From positions 420,001 through 452,000 of the forward strand of contig AP027131.1 of assembly GCA_027925225.1 (NCBI GenBank): 32,000 nucleotides of DNA, in the 5' to 3' direction. The notes below the pieces were generated by a model. It did not search any database. It saw nothing but the letters and a program-made list of their open reading frames with translations, and was not told where the DNA came from. Origin of the DNA: Candidatus Saccharimonadota bacterium (GTDB taxonomy: Bacteria > Bacillota_I > Bacilli_A > Mycoplasmatales > Hepatoplasmataceae). Position 1 is the first letter of the stretch, and the number at the start of each line of letters is the position of its first letter. Below, one piece after another: positions 1 through 11,880 of this stretch. A program made the position numbers and the translations under genes.

Positions 1-2084
1 TAATACATGAAAATGAAAATCATGATTTTTATGAAAATTTAATAAGTAATGATAGTTTTATTAAAATTGGAATAGGCGATAGACCAAATGGTTCAAATAA
101 TATTGGAGTTGCTGATTATGAATTTCCATGTATCAATATGCCAACAGAAGAAGAATTAGATTTAAATTCTATTTATGAATATATTTTTGAAATAAATATA
201 GAATTTTTCAAAGATGACCAATATTGATTATATAAAATTGAAGACAATATTCTTTCAATAGATAATTATTATGATGAACCACTTAATAATATTAGATTTT
301 ATGATGATTTAAAAATAACTAATAATGATTTTAAACAAAATACTTTTAATCCTTATATTGTTGGAAAAAATGGATTTAAAATTATAAAAACAACAGAAAA
401 TTCAGTTCAATTTCAAATTAAAGCAATAAATGATTATGAAGAAAGTTATGATTTCGAAAACAGTTCTTTTAACGTGACTTTAAATAATATTGATAATGAT
501 TTTATAATTAATACTAAAGCTAATTATATAGGTATTGGAGAAGAAGATAATACATATGTTTATGAAATAAATGGTTTAACTTCTGATACAAATTATGAAA
601 TTCTTTCTTTAGATAACACAAATCTCTCTGTTCTTAATCCTTGCTATGAAAATGATTCTTCAATTTCAATTAATGATACATATGAAAACGGTGGTTTAAA
701 TTCAGATGGTCATTTTAAAACAATTCGAGAAGAGAAATCTTACATAGAAGAAAAGGGATTTGAAATTTTAGATACAACATCAAATTCTGTAAAATTTCAA
801 ATAACTGTAATAGAGGATGAAGAAAATAGTTTTGATCCTTCTATTTCTTTAAATGTAACAATAAATGATTCCTTAGGAAATTCAATAAATAAAACAGCAA
901 ATTATATCGAAGAAGAAAGCTCTGGAAATAATTATGTTTATGAAATAACAGGCCTTGAAGAAGGAACAAATTACGAAATTATTTCTCTAAATGATACAGG
1001 ACTTGCTGTTGGAAGCGGTTTAAATGAAATTGATAATGAAATTTTAATAAGCGATGATTTGGGCGCTGATGGAAGTTTTAATACTTTAAATGATGATCCT
1101 TACATTGAAGAAAAAGGATTTGAAATTTTAGATACAACATCAAATTCTGTAAAATTTCAAATAACTGTAATAGAGGATGAAGAAAATAGTTTTGATCCTT
1201 CTATTTCTTTAAATGTAACAATAAATGATTCCTTAGGAAATTCAATAAATAAAACAGCAAATTATATCGAAGAAGAAAGCTCTGGAAATAATTATGTTTA
1301 TGAAATAACAGACCTTGAAGAGGGAACAAGTTATGAAATTATTTCTCTAAATGATACAGGACTTGCTGTTGGAAGCGGTTTAAATGAAATTGATAATGAA
1401 ATTTTAATAAATGATGATCTGGAAGCAGAAGGAAATTTTGTAACATCGAATACTAACCCGTATATTGAAACTGGTGCTAATAGTGGCTTTGAAATTATAA
1501 ATTATACAGAAACAACTGTAACTTATACAATTAATGTTTATAATAAAAAACCAAATGAAAATATTGATGTTACATTAACATTAAATGAAAATAATTTAGC
1601 ATCCCCTAAAATTAACAATAATTTAACAGAAACAAAAACATATTCATCACATCTTGTAGATTCTGATGAGGAAAATAATAAATATACATATAAAGTTACA
1701 AATTTAAATGATAATACTGATTATACTTTTTATTCTTTAGATAACAGCGGACTTGCAATTGGAAGTAGTTCTGAAGAAATTGATGATCAAATAATACTTA
1801 CTGATGAATTATTCGTTAATCCAAATTTATTATTTTTTAAAACATATGAAAGCAAAATTCCAAATTATGTTTGAATAATTTTAATAATTTTTCTAATTAT
1901 AATTATTTTTATAGGTATTTTATTAGTTCTAAAAATAATAAACAAAAATAAAGAAAAAAAAATAGATAGAGAAATTAATAATTTAGCAGGAGAAAGAATT
2001 AATAAAAAAGTGCAAAAAAATAAAACTTCTTCAAGGAAAAAACAAATTAGTAAAAAATCTGTATCAAAACAAAAAAATAATTAA
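1..2084 (+). CDS. Modular repeat surface protein with C-terminal membrane anchor (5' end lies outside the window); distant member of the family arrayed at 11.4-24.7 kb
   Basis: Frame 3 is open from base 3. Track ORF 474..1874 ends at TGA 1872-1874, which reads through as Trp to TAA 2082-2084. The translation shows at least 4 consecutive ~120-aa modules (NPYI-E-x-GFEI ... NVT ... Y-x-YEI-x-L-x-x-x-T-x-Y-x-I/F-x-SL). It then reads ...FFKTYESKIPNYVW, a hydrophobic helix IILIIFLIIIIFIGILLVLKII, and a Lys-rich tail. Confidence 0.8.
741..1460 (+). repeat. Two tandem 360-bp (120-codon) units inside the surface-protein CDS
   Basis: Unit 1 (741-1100) and unit 2 (1101-1460) both begin tacat(a/t)gaagaaaa(g/a)ggatttgaaattttagatacaacatc. 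By eye there are only ~6 substitutions in the first ~310 bp. The last ~50 bp diverge. Confidence 0.9.
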
Positions 2085-2149
2085 TTTTTCATATTTTAAA
2101 CATAATATAAATATAAAATTTTTAATTTATAATATATGATGATTTAAAA

Positions 2150-3789
<1,640 letters not shown>

Positions 3790-3802
<13 letters not shown>

Positions 3803-5553
3803 CAATAAAATTTGGCCAAAGCGAACATAAAAGAGTTAATTATTTAAATTTTTATTTTGCAGCAGCTTTGTCTTTTCAAAATTTAATAGGAATCAAAATA
3901 AATAATATAGAAAAAATAAATAAAGAATTTTTAAAAAATGAAGTTTACGAAATAGAAAAGAAGGAAACAAATATAAAAAGAGAATTAACTTTTTTTAAAA
4001 ATGGTTTTCCTTTATATTTCGAAAACAAAAATAAGGAAATCGAAGTTACAAATCTTACAAAAAAAATATTAGAAAATGGAGATAAAAAAATATTTAATGG
4101 AAGAACATATTTGGAAAATGTTTTAATTCTTTATTTAATAAAAAAATATCCAGAAAATGAAATTATTAACAATCCCTTTTTTTGTGCTTTAAATTTTGCA
4201 GAAGAAGAAAAATACACAAAAAAGGAATTTATAGATAAAATTTTTAAATTAAATAAAGAGAAAATACAAAATTATTTAGAACAGATTTCGTTAGATGATT
4301 ATATTAATATCTATTTTAAATTTAAATCAGGAAATCCAGAATCTAAAAAAGATTTAGAAATAAAAAAATTTCAAAATAAAAAAAATGAATTAATAGAAGA
4401 ATTAGCAAGAAATGTTTTATCTAAAAAAAATAATCAAGAAATAGTTTTAAATAAACTTTACATTCTTATAAATGAATATATGAAACTTAGAGATTTAAAA
4501 AAAATAAGTATTTTCCCAAAAACATTTAAAAAAATTTTTCAATTAAAAGATAGTGATTTATATAAATTTATTTTAGATTATGAAAAAAAAGATAAACAAA
4601 AATATTTTGATTTAATAAAAAATATGAATTTTAATTATTTAATAGAAAATTTTTATTTTGAAAATAAAAAAGGCGATTATGGAAATTTAATTTGAAAATA
4701 TCTCATTAATACAAACTTTTTTTTAATTAAAGAAGATAAAATTTCTATAAATCCAAAATGTGAAGAATATATAAATGATTTAAAAAATAATTATTATGAA
4801 ATTTTAAAAATAAAACTTGACGATAAAAACATAATAGAAAAATTTAAAAATTTAAATATAAAAAATAAAGATAACAATGATATTTCTGTTAGAGAAATAA
4901 TAAATGAATATTATAATGAAAATTTTTATAATAATTTTTTTGAAATTATTTCACTCGAAGATGAAAAAATAATTAACAAAAAATTAATAAAACTTGGTAA
5001 TGAAAATCAACATATAAATGGAATCTTAGATGCTCCTACAATTTTTGAATTTATAATAAATTTATTTTTTTTCAAATTATTTTATAAAGAAGAAATTTTA
5101 AATATAAATAAAATTTCAGATGAAGAATTAACAAATAATTTCAAAGAAAGTATTAATACTTATTTAACATCAAATTTAATTCCTCAAAGATTTGCAAGCG
5201 GAGGAAGGTCAGATGCAATTTTTAAAAATCAAGAAATTCTAATAGAACCAACTTTACAAATAAAAAGGCAAGTAAAACATGAATTAAATTCAATAACAGA
5301 TCACTTAAAAAAAGTAGGTTATCATTACTCTGTTTTGGTCGCTCCTAAAATTTCAAATGATTTTTTACCACAAGTCATATCTTATAAAGATTATGATTAT
5401 TCTTGAATAATATTACCTTTTAATACAAATATTTTGATTAAAATAAAAGAATCAGATTATTCTACAGATTTATTTAATGAAATAAAAAATGATTTTAAAA
5501 ATTGCAATACATATAAAGAAGTAAGTAATATATTTAAAAAATATAATAATTAA
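3790..5553 (+). CDS. Putative restriction endonuclease partner of the fused MTase (Type IIS-like, possibly AlwI/MlyI/PleI-type)
   Basis: A 587-codon frame-1 ORF, checked codon by codon from 4681 to TAA 5551-5553. TGA codons at 4693 and 5404 are read as Trp. ATG 3790 overlaps the MTase 3' end by 13 nt. The C-terminal region carries FASGGRSDAIFKNQEILIEPTLQIKRQVKHELNSITDHL, a PD-(D/E)xK-like D...E-x-T-L...Q...E pattern. The family assignment is from memory of RE_AlwI-type enzymes and was not searched. Confidence 0.6.
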
Positions 5554-5632
5554 TTAATTATATTTGTTTTAATTTAATTTAATTTGTGATGTAATTAACT
5601 TATATAAAATAATTAAATTAAGGATATACAAA

Positions 5633-7456
5633 ATGAATAATGATAATAGTGTAGAAAGAAGAACATTAAGTTCATTTTTTACAAATGGTAATATTTACAA
5701 AGTTCCTAGCTATCAAAGAAAATATGTATGAGATGAAAATAATACAGAAAAATTATTTAAAGATTTTGAAAATTTAGTTATGAGCGAAAATTCTAGTGAA
5801 ACACTTTATTTAGGAAATATACTTATTAAAAGTGATGAAAATGAAGATAAATGATTAATTGATGGGCAACAAAGAATAACAACTTTACTTTTATTTTTTA
5901 AAGCATTATATGATGATTATTTTAAAAGAGCATACAAGGAAAATAATCATGATAAGGAAATTGAGGAGGAACTTGAAAATTATATTTATCTAAAAGAAGA
6001 TGCCGATAAAAATATAAGACTTAAAATTAAGGATCTTATAAATGAAGAAAAATTTAAATTAATATTTGAAAAAAAAATTAATATTAATACAATTCCAAAT
6101 AAAAAAATAAAAAATTTAAGTCAATTTCATAAAAATTATTTTACTTTTAGAAAATTAATTGATAATTTTTTTAATAAAAATATTGAATTTGATACATATT
6201 CATTTTTAAAAATTTTTAAAAAAATATGAATAATTAAAATTAAATTAATGAAAAATGATGATGAATTAAAAATTTTTGAAACCTTAAATTCTAGAGGAAC
6301 AATATTACAAGCGGTTGATTTAATAAAAAATTTTTATTTCATTTATACCGATAAAATAAAAAACAATGATGAAAATTTAAATAAAAAAACGAATTATAAA
6401 ATAAAACTTTTTTTTGAAAAAATTCTTCCAGAAACAATTTCTTGAAAAGGCGAAAAAACAAAAGAATTTATAAAATTAATAAAAGAATATATTATTTTTA
6501 AATCTTTAATAAGTGAAAATAATTATAATTTTTCATTACCTAAGGAAAAAGATCCACAAGATTTATATGATAAATTTAAGGAAATTGCAGAAAAAGAATT
6601 TAATTATTTAAAAACAAATAAAGATATTGAAAAATCTATTAATGATTTACATAAATTTCTTTTAATGAAAAAAAATTTAAAAAAATATGAAAATATTAAT
6701 AAAAAATATAATTTTGAAAACTTTGAAATTTCACTTATGATATTTAATAAATTATTTACAGGGTCTCAGTTTTTCCCTATAATTGCACAACTAATGTATA
6801 AAGATAATTTATCTATAGAAGATTTAGAATACTTTAATATTAAAAATATAAATGAAGATTTTAAGAAAGCTGTTTTATATATTGAAAAACTAATTGTAAA
6901 AAGAGAATCTGTACAAAAAGGTACTAGATTAATTACAAGAAACGTAAATAAAATAAAAATAAGATCTTATAATGATATAAAAGAAAAATTTAAGGATTTA
7001 TTACCAAATAACAATGATTTTATTGAAGGTTTAAATTTTAATAATATTTATGAAACAATTCCTAGCGATATTTTAAAAGGAATTCTTTGAAGAATAGAAT
7101 TAAATAAATACGATAAAAAAAGCAATGAAAATATTAATTATCATAATGATAAAGATAAATTTACAATTGAGCATATTTTGCCGCAAAAAATTGAGGATAG
7201 TGTTGAATGAAAAAAAGATTTAGGCGATGATTGAAACTCAATTCATGAAAAATATAAAAATTCATTAGGAAATTTAACAATAACTGGAGAAAACAGTGAA
7301 ATGTCAAATAATCCTTTTAGTATAAAAAAAGCACATTTTTCAAATAGCATCATTAAAATGAATAGAGAAATTTCAAAATTAGAAAAATGAAATAAAGATG
7401 AAATTTTAAACAGAAGAAAAGAATTAATAGATATTTGCTTAGAAATTTGAAATTAA
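5633..7456 (+). CDS. GmrSD-family Type IV (modification-dependent) restriction enzyme, DUF262 + DUF1524
   Basis: Frame-2 ORF from ATG 5633 (aaggat lies 8 nt upstream) to TAA 7454-7456. It joins track pieces 6248..6445 and 6665..7090 through TGA=Trp. N-terminal motifs are YKVPSYQRKYVW, LIDGQQRITTL and IFETLNSRGTILQAVDLIKN (DUF262). C-terminal motifs are FTIEHILPQK ... LGNLTITGENSEMSN (DUF1524 His-Me nuclease). Confidence 0.85.
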
Positions 7457-7485
7457 ATATTTTTTATTTAAATATAATTAATTTG

Positions 7486-7926
7486 ATGGAAAAACATAAA
7501 GAAAATGTAACTCTTTTTTACATGATTTATTTTTATTTAAAAAAGACATTTTGTTTTAAAAATTTAATACTAATCTTTGGTCTATTTTTATTATTTGTAC
7601 CTATATATTTTGTATTTAAAGAAATATTGGTTGATGTATTTGAAATTTCAGATAAGATTATATTATTTAATAAATGAACAGTAATTATAATTATGTTTAA
7701 CATATATATAAGTTTTATTTTAAATTACCTTTATTCATATTTAAAAAGAGCTGAAATTAATATTAACAGTCCTTATAAAAATACAATACCTAAAGTTATA
7801 ATAATTTACTCAATTTGATTTATTTTTTTATGATTCTTATGATTATATTTTATATTTCGACATCTGAATATAAATATAATGAAAATGGAACAAAAAGTGA
7901 TTCTTATAATAGAAATTTTGGTTTAA
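7486..7926 (+). CDS. Hypothetical membrane protein, probably the 5' part of a gene frameshifted at a T7 tract
   Basis: ATG 7486, frame 1, with TGA read as Trp. It has hydrophobic stretches (LILIFGLFLLFVPIYFVF, TVIIIMFNIYISFIL, VIIIYSIWFIF). After the T7 tract (7823-7829) the frame turns into implausible sequence and stops at TAA 7924-7926. Confidence 0.4.
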
Positions 7927-8192
7927 TTATATTTTCATCATTTTTTAGTTTTTTATTAATAAATATAGGTGGACTATTAATAAGCAAAAATAATTCTTTT
8001 ATTTATTTAATGTTTATATTCATTATAAATTGTTGTATTTTGTTTTGAAGTCTTGAAATAATGGCTACCCAAAAAAATGATGGAGAAACTTTTTTAAGAA
8101 TAGGTGAAATAGAGTTTTTATTATCAATAATATTTATTATTGCAAACTTAATAAAACGTTTTATTATATTTAAAAAACAGAAATCAAATTAA
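7815..8192 (+). CDS. Hypothetical membrane protein, probably the 3' part of the same frameshifted gene
   Basis: Frame 0 is open from 7794 (TTG 7815, ATG 7830) to TAA 8190-8192. It has hydrophobic segments FGLIIFSSFFSFLLINIGGLLI and FIYLMFIFIINCCILFW. Its upstream end is closed by TAA 7791-7793. Confidence 0.4.
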
Positions 8193-8195
8193 AAA

Positions 8196-9473
8196 TTAAC
8201 TAATTTTCCCTAAACTTGTAAACATATTTTTCTTATAAATTTCAACACCCGGCTGATCAAATGGATTTATTCTTAATAAATAACCAGAAATTGAAACAGA
8301 GATAAAAAAGAAAAATAATAAATATCCAAGTGTTTCTTCATTTCTTTCATTTATAAAAATTAAAAAATTAGGAATTTTTGCATTATTTGCATGTGATTCA
8401 ATTACAGAATTTAAAATAACTCTGTTTATTTCTGCAAAGGATTTTTTATTTAAATAATTTAATTTATCTAAATTTTCCACATCATTATTTAAAAATACTT
8501 TTTTATCTTCTAATAAAAATAAAGTTGTTTCAAAAAAAACTTTATTTCCATCTTGAATAAATTGACCAAGAGAATGAAGATCTCTCGAATAAGTAACAGA
8601 TGTGGGAAAAATTCCTTTATTATTTTTCCCTTCTGATTCAGCAAAAAGTTGTTTTAATCATTCTGAAAGCATCATAAAATCTGGATCATAAGTTGTGAAT
8701 ATTTCTAAAACTTTTTTTCTTTTACTAAAAAGCAAAAATCTTCCCAATGCATATTTATAGGCTAAATTATTTTTGATATCATTATTGCTAAATTCTTTTC
8801 TTGCTTTTTTTGTACCTTCTAGAAATTTTAAGATGTCAATTCCTGCAAAAGACATCGGAAATAATCCAACTGCTGTTAAGACAGAAAATCTCCCTCCTAT
8901 GTCATCTGGAATTGAAAATGTTTGATATCCTTTTATATCAGCTAGATTTTTTAAAATGCCTTTTTCTTTATCTGTAACCACAACAATTAAATCTTTTAAT
9001 TTTGTTTCACCAACTTTTTTTAAAAGCAGATTTTTAAAATATCTAAATGAAATTGCTGGTTCTAATGTTGTTCCAGATTTAGAAATTACACAAATTGCTC
9101 AATTTTTGTTTTTTAATTTATTTTCTAATTGTTTTATATAAGAGTCAGAAACATTTATTCCGGCAAAATAAATTTTTTCATCAATATTTAAACTACCTTT
9201 TAAAAAATCAATAGCTGCTTTTGATCCTAAATATGATCCTCCTATACCGATTACTAAAAGTGTATCAATTCCAAGATTTTTAATTTTTTTGACTTTTTCA
9301 TTTATTTCATTTACTTCATTTAAATTAAAATTATCAGGAAAATCAAGTCAGCCCAACATTTCATTACCAATGCCTTTTTTATTTCAAAGTGAATCATGCG
9401 CTTGCTCAATAAGATTTTTATTTTCAATTATTTCTTTTTCTAAATTTGAATCCTTTATTTTAAAATCAATCAT
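8196..9473 (-). CDS. pgi: Glucose-6-phosphate isomerase
   Basis: The minus-strand ORF runs from ATG (cat at 9471-9473, with GGAG 6-7 nt upstream) to TAA (8196-8198), 425 aa with TGA=Trp. Motifs: [39 protein letters not shown]. Track pieces 8196..8480 and 8658..8981 are in the same frame. Confidence 0.92.
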
Positions 9474-9636
9474 TAAAAACTCCTTTTTTTGAATAAAACT
9501 TAACTTATTTATACAATAAATATATAAATAAATCTAATGTAAAATAAATTATTTAAAGAATTAATTAATAAAGATTTAGATTTATAATTAGAAAAGATTA
9601 AATATTAATCTATAAACAGAAGGAATAAATTAAAAA

Positions 9637-11373
9637 ATGAAAATAATTAAAGGAATAAGTATATCTTCTGGTTTTTCCATTGGTAAATCTTTTTTATTAA
9701 AAGAAGAAAATATAAAAATAAAAGAAGAAAATACAAGAGATAGTAAAAATGAAATAAAAAAATTAAATAATGCAATTAAAGAAGCAAATTCACAGATTAT
9801 AAAAATTAAAAAAAATGTTGAAAAAAAACTTAATGAAGAAGAAGCAAAAATTTTTGATGCACACTTAGAAATTTTAAATGACCCTGAGCTTTTTGAAAAA
9901 ACAAAAGAAATAATTATAAATAATAATAAAAGTGCAAGTTTTGCTTTTAAAAAAGCAAGTGATGAAATTAAAAAAATTTTTGAAACAATAGATAATGAAT
10001 ATATGAGAGAAAGAGTTCTTGATATAACCGATGTTTCAAATCGTTTAATAAAAATATTAGAAGGAATTGAAATAAGAGATCTTTCTCTTATAAGTGAAGA
10101 AACAATAATTATAGCCCGCGATTTAACGCCTTCTGAAATTTCACAATTAGATTCTAGATTTGTAAAAGGTTTTGTCACAGAAATTGGAGGAACCACTTCA
10201 CATTCAGCAATTATTGCTCGAACTTTAGGAATTCCGGCAATTTCTGGAATTGGAAAAAATATCAATTTAATAAAAAATAATGAAAAAGTACTATTAAATG
10301 CAAAAGATGGAATTTTAATTTTAGATCCCCAGAAGGAAGAAATTGAAAATTTTGAAGCAAAAAAAAATAAATATGAAGAAATAAAAAAAGAAGAAGATAA
10401 ATTTATAAATATAAGTCCCACTACAAAAGATAATTGAAAAACAAAAATAGCTGTAAATATTGGAAATTTAGAAGATTTAAACAATTATAAAAAATTAAAT
10501 ATTGATGGTGTTGGTTTATTTCGTACAGAATTTTTATATATGAACTCAGATAAATGACCAACAGAAGAAGAACAATTTAATGTATATAAAAAAATCCTTG
10601 AAACAGTAAATATAAATAATGAAACAGTTGTTATTAGAACATTAGATATTGGAGGAGATAAAAAATTAAAATATTTTAATTTTCCAAAAGAAGAAAATCC
10701 TTTTTTAGGTTATCGTGCTATAAGATTAAGCTTAGACAAAAAGGATATTTTTATTACACAAATTCGTGCATTATTGCGTGCATCAAAATTTGGAAATCTT
10801 GCAATTAATCTTCCAATGATTGCAACAATCGATGAATTAAAAGAAGTCAAAAAAATAATAAAAAATACTGAAAATGAATTAATTAAAGAAGGACAAAAAA
10901 TAAATAAATATCAGATTGGTATGATGGTAGAAGTACCGTCAGTTGTTGAGCTTGCTGACAAATTTATAAAATATGTAGATTTTTTTTCAATTGGAACAAA
11001 TGATTTAATTCAATATACTTTTGCAGTAGATAGATTATCAGAAAAAGTTGCTTATTTATATCAACCTTTAAATCCTACAATTTTAAGAATGATTTATAAG
11101 ATAATCAAAACTTCTCATGAAAATAATAAGTGAACTGCAATTTGTGGTGAACTTGCAAGAGAAACAAAACTGATACCTATATTTATTGCTATGGGATTAG
11201 ATGAATTTTCTATGTCTGCTTCGTTTATCTTGAAAATACGTAGAATTTTTTCAAAAATTAGCAAAAAGGAAAGCGAAAAAATATTAGAACAAATTTTAGA
11301 TTCCGAAACAGAAAAAGAAGTAAGCAATTTAATTGATAAATTTTTTAAAGAAAATAATATTTCTTATTATTAA
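9637..11373 (+). CDS. ptsI: PTS Enzyme I (phosphoenolpyruvate-protein phosphotransferase)
   Basis: A frame-1 ORF of 578 aa that joins 9637..10437, 10774..11133 and 11191..11373 through TGA=Trp. It has the active-site His region [18 protein letters not shown], the PEP-binding region GTNDLIQY, and the catalytic Cys in [12 protein letters not shown]. Confidence 0.95.
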
Positions 11374-11397
11374 ATAATATATTCATAAAATATAAAT

Positions 11398-11806
11398 ATG
11401 TTTTGTATAAAATTAAAAAAATTTTCTATTTTTTTTCTTTTTTAAGAAGTGTTGGGAATCTTTATTTTAAAAATAAAGATTCTTTTAATTATCAAAATAA
11501 TCCTGAAGGTAATATATATATATATATATAAATCAAAATTTATTGAAAAAAATGGTAATGAATACACTTATGAAATAAAAGGATTAAATGATGAGACAAG
11601 TTATACATTTTATTCACTAGAAAATACAAAACTTTCAATAAACGATAGAACAAATCCAATTGATGAAGAAATAATATTAGAAGAAAATTTAGGAATTGAT
11701 TCATCCTTTTATTATTGGTATCTTTATTCTTATAAGAATTTTAAATAGAAATAAAAGAGAAAAAAGAATTTAATGAATTATTAAACGAAGATATAAAATC
11801 TAAATA
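11398..11806 (+). pseudogene. Decayed, internally deleted remnant of the arrayed surface-protein family
   Basis: ATG 11398 opens a signal-peptide-like frame that stops after 15 codons at T-rich tracts. The family N-terminus (GNLYFKNKDSFNY) sits in another frame, abutting a (TA)9 tract. That tract joins directly to the last family module (KSKFIEKNGNEYTYEIKGLNDETSYTFYSLENTKLSIN...). A further out-of-frame deletion removes the FLIFKTEKTKIP..TM segment. The family 3' end ...gaagatataaaatctaaataa is retained at 11786-11806. Confidence 0.65.
11512..11530 (+). repeat. (AT)9A dinucleotide tract at the deletion junction of the remnant copy
   Basis: Direct read: gaaggtaatatatatatatatatataaatcaaa. The homologous site in intact copies reads gaaggtaatacatataaatcaaa (e.g. 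15185-15207). Confidence 0.9.
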
Positions 11807-11880
11807 AATTCTTAATCTTATTAAAGATACAAAAAACAATAATTATAACAAAAAAATAAAAAATATTATATAATTTATTT

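Noticed and set aside
9630-10484. 284-aa minus-strand ORF (the longest ORF in that region of the track)
   Set aside because: It is exactly antisense to ptsI, whose sense translation carries all Enzyme I motifs. The antisense product is S/F/I-rich low-complexity sequence, typical of the opposite strand of a Lys/Glu-rich AT-rich gene.
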